DNA of 20,000 nucleotides, from the IMG/VR virus record IMGVR_UViG_3300005837_002722. The stretch is one strand, 5' to 3'. Both the position numbers and the translations under genes were made by a program. Shown here in pieces: positions 8,516 to 17,175 of this stretch. The notes beneath the pieces are model-generated. The model searched no databases. It was not told the origin of the DNA and worked only from the letters and a program-made list of their open reading frames with translations. Every line of letters starts with the position of its first letter. The stretch's first letter is position 1. The DNA comes from an uncultured virus (IMG/VR IMGVR_UViG_3300005837_002722) (Duplodnaviria; Heunggongvirae; Uroviricota; Caudoviricetes).

Positions 8516-10645
8516 TTATTGTTTGCGTTGCAGAGGTAGCCAATGTGTGTTTTCCTCTAATGATTTTTCTGTATCCTCGCCTTCGGATTTCATTGTTCGA
8601 TCTTCAGCAGTTTCTGTTACCATTTCCTTGTATACACGTTCAAGGACATCTTCATCTGCGCCTCTGATCATTTCTTCTAAATTCTTTTCTTTAACTTTTG
8701 GTTCTGGTTTTTTAGGTTCTAGCAGATCGGGTTTGATCTTAATGCGTTCGCCTGTAGCACTTTCGTACTCTCTAAGAGTAGGTTTTTCTTCAACTTCTAC
8801 AGTGCCATTTGTTTCAGTGACTACCTTACCTTCATCGTCAACTTTAACTTGGCCAGCGAGTGCTTTTTGATCTTGCCACCACTGCTCGTCGTCTTTCATT
8901 TTTGAAATAGTTTCTTCTACTACATCTACTTGCTTTGTTTCTTCAACTGGTTCAGGCTCTTGCGGATCTTGTCCATCTCCTTCCTGTTGTACAGTTGCAT
9001 TGGTGTCAGTTTCCTGTTCATCAATGGCTTGAGTAGATCCTTCAGGAACTTTTCCACTTACTTCGTTCTCAAATGTCTTATCTGATTCCTCAGTATCATT
9101 GCTTTGTGATTCGTCTGAATCAGTTTCTGAGTTTTCTTCTGGATCTTTTTCTGGATCTTGCTTTGGGTCGTCATCTTTTCCTCCTCCTGGTGTGGGTGTT
9201 GTACCACCACGATGGTATGCAAAAGTATATTGACTTGCAATTAGGAGCAATACTGCTAGTGGGTCAAATACAAATATAATTGTAATAATAACCCAACGTA
9301 CTGCTTCTTCTAATAGATCTCTATCAGCCTTTTCACCGTAGATAAATTCTGCAATGTATTTGATAGGACCAACTTCTGCTTCTAGTTTTCTGTACTCTGC
9401 TTGAAGTTCATACTTCTCTTCTGTAAGTACATCAATATCACTTGAAGCCTTTCTAATTCTGTCATTTTGTTCATCTATAAGTGTGTCGATTTCAGTAGTG
9501 TTGTCAGTTTGTGCAAGTTGTTGTTGCAGTCTTGTAATTAACTCTTGACTCTGTTTAACTTGATCTTCAGCACTTTTGCGTAGTCTTTGAATCTCATCTC
9601 TTGCTGTCTGTATTACAGGAGATTCAGTTTGACGCACTTCATCAATCTTACCTAACATTACAAGTTCTCTTTCTTTGAGATCTTTTATCTGTCTTTCGCG
9701 AATATCTTTAACAACGCCTGCTAGTCTTACACGTTCTTTTTCAACTGTGTCAGTTGCATCTTTACGCAACTGTGATATTTCGCCTTGGATTTGTGAAATA
9801 CGTTCTTGTTGTGCAGACACCCAAGTCGCTAATGCTTTACGAGTGTTCTGACCAAATAGTCCATCACTTGATACACCAATGATTGCTTGTCCTGCACGGA
9901 TCTGTGATTGTTCTGTACTCTGTAATTGATTTGTTACACGAACAATCTCTTCTTCTATCTTTTTAATTTGTTGTAGTAAAGGCTCAACTGCACCTTGGTT
10001 TGCTTTTAGGTTAGCAATTTTATCTTCATATTCTCTTGCAGTTGTTTCTAGTCTAAGAATTTCTGCTTGTATGTTTGCTAGTTGATCTTCATAAGGTTTA
10101 GTTCTGTCTGCATCTGCACCTCTTGCATCTGCAATAATTTTGTTCTGTTGTTCAATAGCAGGTTCAATACGTTCAAATGCTTTATCAATACGTTCTTGTT
10201 CTTTATCAATTTGTGCTTGAATGTTTGCGTCTGAACCTGTACCTTTGTTTTCAAGGTCTTTAATCTTTTTATCAGCACGTTCGATAATGCCTTCTAGTCT
10301 GGCAACTTCTGTGTCAATACGTTCAACTTGTGCAATGCTTTCTTCGCCAGCACTTGTTTGTTCGATATGTGCTTTTGATAAGAAACCAAAAATACCCATA
10401 CTTGTAATAAGCATGAGCACCACAACGGCAACGGCGAGATATGTACGCAACCACCATTTGGTAACGCTCCAATACTTGTGTAACCAAACGGCTGTAACAA
10501 GTTTACCTACTTCTAGTACGCCACCCATAATCATAATTGGGATAGCGGCCGCGGCAAAGATTGCTACCAATCCTGCGACACTATAATAAATGGCAACGGC
10601 TGAAATACTCAATGCCGTTAATAAAACTAATATTGCTAATGCCAT
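8516..10645 (-). CDS. Membrane-anchored long coiled-coil protein with a peptidoglycan-binding-like motif and acidic disordered tail
   Basis: About 3 N-terminal TM segments, long Q/E/K coiled coil, GVSSDGLFGQNTRKAL, further TM VIITIIFVFDPLAVLLLIA, D/E/P/T-rich C-terminus. Confidence 0.8.
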   Translation of the reverse strand: MALAILVLLTALSISAVAIYYSVAGLVAIFAAAAIPIMIMGGVLEVGKLVTAVWLHKYWSVTKWWLRTYLAVAVVVLMLITSMGIFGFLSKAHIEQTSAGEESIAQVERIDTEVARLEGIIERADKKIKDLENKGTGSDANIQAQIDKEQERIDKAFERIEPAIEQQNKIIADARGADADRTKPYEDQLANIQAEILRLETTAREYEDKIANLKANQGAVEPLLQQIKKIEEEIVRVTNQLQSTEQSQIRAGQAIIGVSSDGLFGQNTRKALATWVSAQQERISQIQGEISQLRKDATDTVEKERVRLAGVVKDIRERQIKDLKERELVMLGKIDEVRQTESPVIQTARDEIQRLRKSAEDQVKQSQELITRLQQQLAQTDNTTEIDTLIDEQNDRIRKASSDIDVLTEEKYELQAEYRKLEAEVGPIKYIAEFIYGEKADRDLLEEAVRWVIITIIFVFDPLAVLLLIASQYTFAYHRGGTTPTPGGGKDDDPKQDPEKDPEENSETDSDESQSNDTEESDKTFENEVSGKVPEGSTQAIDEQETDTNATVQQEGDGQDPQEPEPVEETKQVDVVEETISKMKDDEQWWQDQKALAGQVKVDDEGKVVTETNGTVEVEEKPTLREYESATGERIKIKPDLLEPKKPEPKVKEKNLEEMIRGADEDVLERVYKEMVTETAEDRTMKSEGEDTEKSLEENTHWLPLQRKQ

Positions 10646-10662
10646 ATGTTCTCCCGTGTTAT

Positions 10663-10732
10663 GTATTTACCTAAAATTAGAAGGCAAATTCACAATAACA
10701 AGTATTATATACTGTGTTATCGTTTGTGTCAA
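10663..10732 (-). promoter_or_regulatory. Tandem early (TTGACA-N17-TATAAT) and late (GTAAATAC) promoters
   Basis: -35 10727-10732, -10 10704-10709; TAAATA at 10664-10669. Confidence 0.8.
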
Positions 10733-11079
10733 CTGTTAAAATAGTGAGTTGCAACGCCCTCTTCGACCATTGTATCGTTGATGTTTTGCTTGTGATGTTC
10801 ATCAACTTGTACATATACTTTTCCAAGTACTCTGCCGAATTTGCCACGTTTGTTTAGGATTGTTTGGATAACGAACTCTCTTGGTAATAGTTCGATAAGT
10901 TTATTGCGAGAAGCAATACCCTTTTCTCTAACTTCTGGATCTTTCGATTTGCTGTCTGGTGTGTTAATGCCATAGAGTTTGATACGTTGATGCACCCATA
11001 CACCGAAACCTAGATCGATGTCAGCATCAATTGTATCACCATCAATTACTCTAATTAATCTTGCTTTATATTCGTACAT
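10729..11079 (-). CDS. Thermonuclease (SNase-like) protein
   Basis: RVIDGDTID, IDLGF, IKLYGINTP, GKFGRVLG; late-type ATAAATAC at 11094-11101. Confidence 0.88.
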   Translation of the reverse strand: MYEYKARLIRVIDGDTIDADIDLGFGVWVHQRIKLYGINTPDSKSKDPEVREKGIASRNKLIELLPREFVIQTILNKRGKFGRVLGKVYVQVDEHHKQNINDTMVEEGVATHYFNS

Positions 11080-11100
11080 TTCTACTCCACAGTGTATTTA

Positions 11101-11787
11101 TTATAATTGCAAATATTCTACAGATTTTTTTAACAATCGTTTAATAACAGGATGAGTAGTGTCAAATCCAAATAGGGCAAAATATGCAAAAAGATTAGGA
11201 CTAATAAACTGTTCCATGCTTTTTAATTTTGCGGTATTTGTTGCATTTTTGAGTAGATCAATTGCACCTTTTTTAGAGCCTGCGTGTCTAGTAAGTTCGT
11301 CTGCAATGTTTTTAGCATATGCTTCGATCTCATCTGGACGACTCATGTATTCAATTTCTTTACCTTGGTCGCTTACATAGCCTTGCTGGCCGTCATGCCA
11401 GTCTCTTGCTTGGTGTTGCTTTTGATGAATTATTTCGTGTTGCAATACATCATCTATTCTTGTTATAATTGTTTGTATACCTTCATCGGAAAAATCAACC
11501 GTTTTGTCCTTGTCACTAAACACTAGATCAATACCAAAAGGAGCATCATCTTCTTGTTCGTCTGCTTCTGGATCGTAGTAGGCATTCATATTCATATCGC
11601 CACTATCTACATGTGGTGATTTTAAAAAGCCAACATTAACATCTATTCCAATTTCTGCTAGACTTTTTTGTAACTGGTCTGCAATTTCTTTAAAACTCTT
11701 TGCACCAGTCGTAAGCCAACTAGCAAAGCCTTGTAGTTCTTTGCTTATGTTTCTAGTAATTGGTTTAGTAATTTCAGTAATCTGCAT
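11101..11787 (-). CDS. HExxH-motif (zincin-like) late protein, likely start MQITEIT at 11787
   Basis: QHEIIHQKQ...PDEIEAYA; ATAAATACTAGT precedes ATG 11787. Confidence 0.7.
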   Translation of the reverse strand: MQITEITKPITRNISKELQGFASWLTTGAKSFKEIADQLQKSLAEIGIDVNVGFLKSPHVDSGDMNMNAYYDPEADEQEDDAPFGIDLVFSDKDKTVDFSDEGIQTIITRIDDVLQHEIIHQKQHQARDWHDGQQGYVSDQGKEIEYMSRPDEIEAYAKNIADELTRHAGSKKGAIDLLKNATNTAKLKSMEQFISPNLFAYFALFGFDTTHPVIKRLLKKSVEYLQL

Positions 11788-11788
11788 A

Positions 11789-12073
11789 CTAGTATTTATC
11801 TGTACTAGGATTATAGTTACCAAATCGTAACTTGAACATCAGTGCATCATGTGTGTTTTCAAACCATAGCCATCCGTCCCAATATGGATCATATCCTGGA
11901 GCGAATCCGTTATAGTGTCCTTTGTTATGGTCAAAGTACCAACGGTCTTGAATATTGTAAGAACAGTAATGTTCTATTTCTTCTGGTTTTGTTTGGGGAG
12001 AGAAAGTGTAATGGGTGACTTTATCTCTAATGTCACCCCATTCGAAAAGGTCTATTTCAATTTTTAGGCCCAA
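11789..12073 (-). CDS. Hypothetical phage protein (TTG start)
   Basis: C-terminal WFENTHDALMFKLRFG resembles repeated large-phage small-protein families (recollection, not searched). Confidence 0.65.
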   Translation of the reverse strand: MGLKIEIDLFEWGDIRDKVTHYTFSPQTKPEEIEHYCSYNIQDRWYFDHNKGHYNGFAPGYDPYWDGWLWFENTHDALMFKLRFGNYNPSTDKY

Positions 12074-12076
12074 CGT

Positions 12077-12301
12077 TTAGTTCAGTGTTTCTTTTGAGAA
12101 ATACTTGTCGAGCATGTCGATTCGATCTTGTGCCGCGGCCATTTTGTTCAGTTCTTCAATGACTGCTTCTGTAACATCTGAATGTTCACCAATACCTGCA
12201 GGCATTGTTTTGTAAACTTCGATGTTTGCTTTATGAACTGCAATTTCGCCTTCTGCTTGAGCACGAGCCGCTTCAATAATATAATCACCAGGTTTTTTCA
12301 T
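12077..12301 (-). CDS. Conserved small helical phage protein
   Basis: GAGGAG SD; PAGIGEHSD motif. Confidence 0.8.
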   Translation of the reverse strand: MKKPGDYIIEAARAQAEGEIAVHKANIEVYKTMPAGIGEHSDVTEAVIEELNKMAAAQDRIDMLDKYFSKETLN

Positions 12302-12313
12302 CTGCTTCTCCTC

Positions 12314-12583
12314 TTAATAACTATAAAACTGTACAAAGTTTCCGCTGTCAACTGTATCAACTTCAAGTTCGTTATAGATACCAACTTCATACAACTTTTC
12401 TTTTACATTCTTTACAAACAACGGATCCTTACTAAGAATAAAAGGATACATAGAGTCATAACCAATTGGCTCTACAACTACTAGACCTTTTTCTACTTCG
12501 CACTGACAAATCCATTCTTTACCTGCACCATCTAAGACTTTGTCAATCTTAAAAGCACTTTTTATTTTAGACTTCTTGACCAT
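12314..12583 (-). CDS. Hypothetical early protein, 89 aa
   Basis: GGAG SD, sigma70 promoter upstream. Confidence 0.7.
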   Translation of the reverse strand: MVKKSKIKSAFKIDKVLDGAGKEWICQCEVEKGLVVVEPIGYDSMYPFILSKDPLFVKNVKEKLYEVGIYNELEVDTVDSGNFVQFYSY

Positions 12584-12607
12584 AACACTTACTCCATAGT
12601 TTATACT

Positions 12608-12636
12608 AATATACTATAAAGTTATGGTATTGTCAA
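12608..12636 (-). promoter_or_regulatory. sigma70-type promoter TTGACA-N17-TATATT
   Basis: -35 12631-12636, -10 12608-12613. Confidence 0.75.
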
Positions 12637-12639
12637 GTA

Positions 12640-13347
12640 CTAATAATCAGTTGCTCCGCGATCTTTTAATTGTTGTTGGATCCACTGCTTTGCCTTACGA
12701 GAGGTAGGATTTGCTTCAATGAATTTGTTTAGGTTCTTTCGTACAACGTCAAAGTTCTTTTTACGTTTTGGATCTTCAAGTCCGCCACTGTTGTCAACAA
12801 CAAAGAACTTGTCAGCACCAAACACTTGCTGAAATCCCATAATGTTGTCTTGAACTTGTCGCCACATCTTTTCAACCATTTCTTTAGGAACACTTCTGGC
12901 TCTTTGCATATTGCGTTCCTGTGCAACTTCGAGACTAGTGTTAACAAAGATCATCATACAGTCGTATCCAATGGCTCTAAGTTTTTGTGCCATGTCTTCA
13001 TACTTTGTAACATCTTTGCCTGTGCCATCAATGATCAAACCAATACGACCGTCTAAGTAATGACGTTCTCTATTTCTGGATATTTCTTTGGCTCTGTTAC
13101 GAAGTTCTTGACCTTGATCACTAGCAACCTTATCTGGATCACCTAGATCAAAATCTTGTTTCTTTGCGAGATATTCGTAAACTTCATCGCTGTTTACTGA
13201 ACGTAGACCTGTGTTGGTTAACAATTGTCCTGCTACATAACTTTTACCTGATCCTGGGCCGCCAGCAAGGAACACTGCCTTAAAGATGCCTGGATCATAT
13301 GGACCTTCATTGATAATATGGTCTGGTGCAAATTCATTGATAAACAT
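12640..13347 (-). CDS. P-loop kinase (zeta-toxin/AAA_33-like), late gene
   Basis: KAVFLAGGPGSGKS, LIIDGTG, ERNMQRAR lid; ATAAATA at 13371-13377; GAGG SD. Confidence 0.85.
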   Translation of the reverse strand: MFINEFAPDHIINEGPYDPGIFKAVFLAGGPGSGKSYVAGQLLTNTGLRSVNSDEVYEYLAKKQDFDLGDPDKVASDQGQELRNRAKEISRNRERHYLDGRIGLIIDGTGKDVTKYEDMAQKLRAIGYDCMMIFVNTSLEVAQERNMQRARSVPKEMVEKMWRQVQDNIMGFQQVFGADKFFVVDNSGGLEDPKRKKNFDVVRKNLNKFIEANPTSRKAKQWIQQQLKDRGATDY

Positions 13348-13373
13348 TATAATACCTCTTGTTGTATCAATAT

Positions 13374-13853
13374 TTATCTAAGAAGGCGTGTATAACGTAA
13401 CTGTGTAATGCCTTTGAACAAGGCTGTATAGAATAGTGTACCAAGCAGTGTGTTTGTAAAGAAAGGTATGGCCGCTATATAACAGGCTATTAGTCCTTGA
13501 ACTGTGTAGGTATAATATCCTGCGGTCCATACGCCAAAGTTAGTAACTATAAAGAACGCAATTGATGCTGATATAGCATTAATCCATATGTTGTAACCTA
13601 GTGCAGTAAACATAACTGCAAATACAACTGACGCATATGTCCAAAACATAAAGCCATGCAGACCCCAATAGAGGTCACCTATGAACATTGCTCCTAGTGT
13701 AATTAGTGTTGCTTCTAGTTCTTGATCTTTAACAATTGTTGGTATAAAAACTGCTACTGCCAATAGTGGAGTAAAGTTTGGTGGGTGTGGTATAATTCGG
13801 CTTATACCTAGTAGAACTGCAAATCCTACAATCCATAATATTTTTTCTAACAT
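13374..13853 (-). CDS. Membrane transport protein (DUF6580 / ECF S-component-like), coupled to the TonB receptor
   Basis: SRIIPHPPNFTP, FFIVTNFGVW, CYIAAIPFF motifs; multiple TM; 1-nt overlap with upstream stop. Confidence 0.75.
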   Translation of the reverse strand: MLEKILWIVGFAVLLGISRIIPHPPNFTPLLAVAVFIPTIVKDQELEATLITLGAMFIGDLYWGLHGFMFWTYASVVFAVMFTALGYNIWINAISASIAFFIVTNFGVWTAGYYTYTVQGLIACYIAAIPFFTNTLLGTLFYTALFKGITQLRYTRLLR

Positions 13854-15550
13854 TAAAACGTTTTCTTAAATCCTATCTCAAAGTTTCTGCCCAATTGATT
13901 GTATCCATCTGGCTTTTCGTAATCTTCATCAAATACATTGTTGAGATTAGCAAATACTTTAAAACTGTTAATATCTTTGTTGTACTGTAGGTCCACTGTT
14001 GTTATAGCACTCATATCTTTTGTAGCATATGTACTAGCGTCTATGTCCTTGTGTTTCCCATAGTAGTTAACATTTACACTGTATTCATTATAGAATAACT
14101 TGGTGTTGTTTATTACTTTTGGTCTACGAAGTAATACATGTCCATCACCATCTTCGGAAATGTTGTAACTATATTTATTTTGAAACCATGTTCCTGTATA
14201 GTCAAATTCAAGACCTTTGATATTACTTGTTTTGGTATCGTTGACATATGTGTTGCTTGAATACTTTAGTAAGTTGTCTATTTCAGTTTTGTATACTGCA
14301 AAGTTATATAACCCCTTCTTATATCCTAGTTCTACTGTCTTTGACTCTTCAGGTATTAGTGTTGAGTTGCCAACAAAGCCATAATTGTTTTGTCCAAACA
14401 TTTCATATACAGTAGGTGCTTTGAATCCTGTTGAATAACTTAATCTTACACCATTGTTGTGTGCCGCGACTCTATATGTGTATATGTTATCAAATGTACT
14501 TGGAGTATCATATCTTAATCCAGTGTGCAACAAAACACCATTATCAAAAAGACTATCAAAGTTCATAAAGTATCCGTGATTGGTTCTTTCTTTATCTACA
14601 GAACTTGTATAACCATCAATGGCAGTAATAAAATCTACAGTAGATAGTTCTTGTTCTGTACCTAGTGTTAAATCATTCTTGTCTTTTGTAAATGTATGAG
14701 TCGCCAAAAATACTTTACTGTTGCTATTGTAGTTGTCCACTACACCATTCTTGTTGTATGATCTTTTGTGTGTGCTATTGTTAAACGAATACTCACTGTT
14801 ATTATCTTGCCAACTTATGTATTCGTTATTAAATTTCCAATCACTTGTGTAGTTTGCAAGGTCTGTGCTTGAATCTAAATTTGTATGATTGTCTGTTTGC
14901 ATGATTGCAGTTTTTAGTACGTGGCCATTTATAAAACTTTCTGTTTGTAAAATGTAGTCATCTGCTTTGTATGGATCTGTTTCTGTGCCATCTGCTATAC
15001 TAATGTTATCACTCGACTCTCCACTTAATCTTAGATCAACTGTGTGTTGGTTGTTGAACGTATGACCTAGTTTTATAGTTTTATGTTCTAGTCCGTTTGA
15101 ACCTCTGCTATATGTAATTGAATTTTCATCATTTGGATAAGTGATCATATTAATAACACCACCTATTGCATTTGGTCCATATACACTGCCCATTGGACCT
15201 TTGATGATTTCAAGTTGATCCATACTTGCAATATTGTGTTGTCCAATATCATCAACACCTGTTGGAGTGCTATGATCTTTTATAGGCATTCCATTTATTG
15301 TTAACAGTGTGTGATTTGAATTTGTCCCTCTTGTAAATGTACTGCTGACCTGTCCAGTTGTACCACTTGTAACTATGTTCACACTAGGTACTAGACGTAT
15401 GTCTTTTGGTTCTATTACATCGTAGGAGTATGTTTGGTGTTGAAGATCGCTTGAGTTTCTAAATGCGTATATTGTTAGTTCCAAAGGATCTGCTTGAGTT
15501 GGTGCAATTGTAGTCATTAGGAGCACCAGGACTAGCCAGAGTTTTTTCAT
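13853..15550 (-). CDS. TonB-dependent outer-membrane receptor, BtuB-like
   Basis: Signal peptide; plug motifs RGTNSNHTLLTING and EIIKGPMGSVYGPNAIGGVIN; TGFKAPT, LLRRP, NNVFDEDYE, C-terminal F. Confidence 0.9.
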   Translation of the reverse strand: MKKLWLVLVLLMTTIAPTQADPLELTIYAFRNSSDLQHQTYSYDVIEPKDIRLVPSVNIVTSGTTGQVSSTFTRGTNSNHTLLTINGMPIKDHSTPTGVDDIGQHNIASMDQLEIIKGPMGSVYGPNAIGGVINMITYPNDENSITYSRGSNGLEHKTIKLGHTFNNQHTVDLRLSGESSDNISIADGTETDPYKADDYILQTESFINGHVLKTAIMQTDNHTNLDSSTDLANYTSDWKFNNEYISWQDNNSEYSFNNSTHKRSYNKNGVVDNYNSNSKVFLATHTFTKDKNDLTLGTEQELSTVDFITAIDGYTSSVDKERTNHGYFMNFDSLFDNGVLLHTGLRYDTPSTFDNIYTYRVAAHNNGVRLSYSTGFKAPTVYEMFGQNNYGFVGNSTLIPEESKTVELGYKKGLYNFAVYKTEIDNLLKYSSNTYVNDTKTSNIKGLEFDYTGTWFQNKYSYNISEDGDGHVLLRRPKVINNTKLFYNEYSVNVNYYGKHKDIDASTYATKDMSAITTVDLQYNKDINSFKVFANLNNVFDEDYEKPDGYNQLGRNFEIGFKKTF

Positions 15551-15563
15551 GGCTTCCTTTCAT

Positions 15564-15586
15564 AAAAAAACTGCCCTTGGGCAGTT
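15564..15586 (-). terminator. Intrinsic terminator immediately upstream of the receptor RBS
   Basis: AACTGCC-CAAG-GGCAGTT followed by U tract. Confidence 0.7.
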
Positions 15587-15588
15587 AG

Positions 15589-15786
15589 TTAAAAATAGTC
15601 GTTTACACCCATAGGTGACCAATCCACTTGATTCGGATTGAACACATCTATTTTGTGTTTTGCAACCATGTCATTTACTTGTCCGTAACTCATATTCTGG
15701 AGACACTTCAAAAGTAAATCTTTTGTATGCTTGTCATCAATTTGATCTTTCTTGATCATTTTGATAAGTTTATTTTTATTTTCCAT
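15589..15786 (-). CDS. Hypothetical protein, 65 aa
   Basis: ORF between two terminators; no SD seen. Confidence 0.5.
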   Translation of the reverse strand: MENKNKLIKMIKKDQIDDKHTKDLLLKCLQNMSYGQVNDMVAKHKIDVFNPNQVDWSPMGVNDYF

Positions 15787-15790
15787 ATCT

Positions 15791-15820
15791 AAAAAAATAG
15801 GACGCTAACCGTAGCGTCCT
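15791..15820 (-). terminator. Intrinsic terminator
   Basis: AGGACGCTA-CGGT-TAGCGTCCT followed by A and T7. Confidence 0.8.
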
Positions 15821-15867
15821 GCGTGTGTGTTTCGGCACAACCCGGGGATGTTTATGTGGTTATCTAC

Positions 15868-16494
15868 TTAATCCCATCTGTAGAAAATGTGCGTGTCAAT
15901 ACGCCCAATTACTGTAAACTCATGTCGCCAATTTGGTGATACATAAGTTGCATGATAGTGTGTCGCATGTTCTACCATACCTTTAAACATGCCAAGTACT
16001 GCTACCTTGTATGCTACTTCTTGGCTTTGTTTCCAAGCAATGCTACGTTCATTAACATTGTCTGCTTTTCCATCACACCACCAACTAAATTGGCATTGGT
16101 GCCTACGAGGATAATAAACTCGTTCATTATCTGGTAGATCTGGATCGGATTTTGTTTTCCAAGACTCTTTAAGTGGACCTTCTTTAACTACTCCACAAAT
16201 AGTGTTTGGATAACGATTATCATTAACTCGTGTAAGTGTTACGAGTGCAACTGCTACTTTTCCTGCATAGGATTCTACGCCTGCTTCAAAATATATGTTT
16301 TCAGCAAGACATTGTAGTTCTTCGTTGCTTACTTCTGAGTGCTTTGACGAACTTGCCGGTGCAGTCTCCATATTGGCATACTTCACGGGTAAGTTCAAGA
16401 CTTCCGCCTTTGCAATGAGTGTGCTGGAGAAAATAACTCCTGCTATAGCCACTGCGTTCAATGCGCCACTCAGCATATTAAATGTCATTCGCAT
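15868..16494 (-). CDS. SleB-like cell wall hydrolase (Hydrolase_2) with N-terminal signal/anchor
   Basis: CLAENIYFEA, YPNTICGVV, CQFSWWCDG, ATHYHATYVSPNW, IDTHIFY. Confidence 0.93.
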   Translation of the reverse strand: MRMTFNMLSGALNAVAIAGVIFSSTLIAKAEVLNLPVKYANMETAPASSSKHSEVSNEELQCLAENIYFEAGVESYAGKVAVALVTLTRVNDNRYPNTICGVVKEGPLKESWKTKSDPDLPDNERVYYPRRHQCQFSWWCDGKADNVNERSIAWKQSQEVAYKVAVLGMFKGMVEHATHYHATYVSPNWRHEFTVIGRIDTHIFYRWD

Positions 16495-16528
16495 AATGGT
16501 TCGCTCCTGCTCTTGTTAACATGCTTGT

Positions 16529-16557
16529 ATATTAGCATTGTTACTATTTAATGTCAA
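16529..16557 (-). promoter_or_regulatory. sigma70 promoter TTGACA-N17-TAATAT with a nested late TAAATA
   Basis: -35 16552-16557, -10 16529-16534, TAAATA 16545-16550. Confidence 0.7.
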
Positions 16558-16582
16558 CCTTTTTTGGAGAAAAAACATAGTT

Positions 16583-16790
16583 TAATGGCGGTGTTGCAGA
16601 TTTGCAATACCGAGTGTTTGGAAGAAATACAGTAGTGGCCCCCGAACTCCGCCCTATCTGTGAATGTCCCTGCCATGGATCCTGCGGACTAAAATCAAGC
16701 ATTTTGACATTCTTGCCTTGGTATCTAGATCCCCACCGCTATCTAGTACATGATGAGCCATTACACTCATCTCCACAATAAGGTTTAGTT
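16583..16790 (-). ncRNA. Candidate structured non-coding RNA of unknown family
   Basis: GC-enriched intergenic stretch with no ORF-track ORF, four hairpins and potential long-range loop pairings. Confidence 0.5.
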
Positions 16791-16795
16791 AGTTA

Positions 16796-17050
16796 TTATA
16801 CTAAACCTTGAGCCATTGCCTTGTAACCAGCGGCAATTACTCTTTTAGAAGCAGTACCAAGTCTGTACTTGTTACCCTTCTTTGTTGAGTTCAAGTATAC
16901 TGGGTATCCTTTGAATCTCAAAGACTGAATAACCGCACCTGGGTTACCAGCACCAAATCTAGAAGCGATTTGATCTGAAGTTAGTTCTTGACCGTTCTCT
17001 AATGCGTTAAGAACTTTTTCAGTGATAGTTTTTGTATTTGATTTTGACAT
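16796..17050 (-). CDS. Small winged-helix/HTH DNA-binding protein (likely start MSKSNTKT at 17050)
   Basis: AGGAGA SD; KVLNALENGQELTSDQIASRFG...AVIQSLRFKGYPVY. Confidence 0.75.
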   Translation of the reverse strand: MSKSNTKTITEKVLNALENGQELTSDQIASRFGAGNPGAVIQSLRFKGYPVYLNSTKKGNKYRLGTASKRVIAAGYKAMAQGLV

Positions 17051-17146
17051 TTCTGTCTCCTTTTTGTTGTCGATGTTAAATATGTTAGATATATTAAACA
17101 TATTGCCTTTCCGTTTGCTTTAGTGCAAACTGTTATTATGTATATA

Positions 17147-17175
17147 ACTATAGCATCTGTAGTTGTATTTGTCAA
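17147..17175 (-). promoter_or_regulatory. Strong sigma70 promoter TTGACA-N17-TATAGT with TGn extension
   Basis: -35 17170-17175, -10 17147-17152. Confidence 0.8.

Noticed and set aside
473..12947. Short alternative-frame minus-strand ORFs nested in genes (473..655, 2824..3048, 3573..3785, 9058..9240, 10078..10278, 10294..10500, 12729..12947)
   Set aside because: Nested in or almost fully overlapping conserved genes, with no supporting signal
15787..15867. Canonical cobalamin riboswitch upstream of the receptor
   Set aside because: No GGGAA or B12-box elements found; only GCTACGGT loosely resembles GCAACGGT
16583..16790. RNase P RNA or 6S RNA assignment
   Set aside because: No GAGGAAAGUCC P4 motif and no single long rod with a central bubble could be seen
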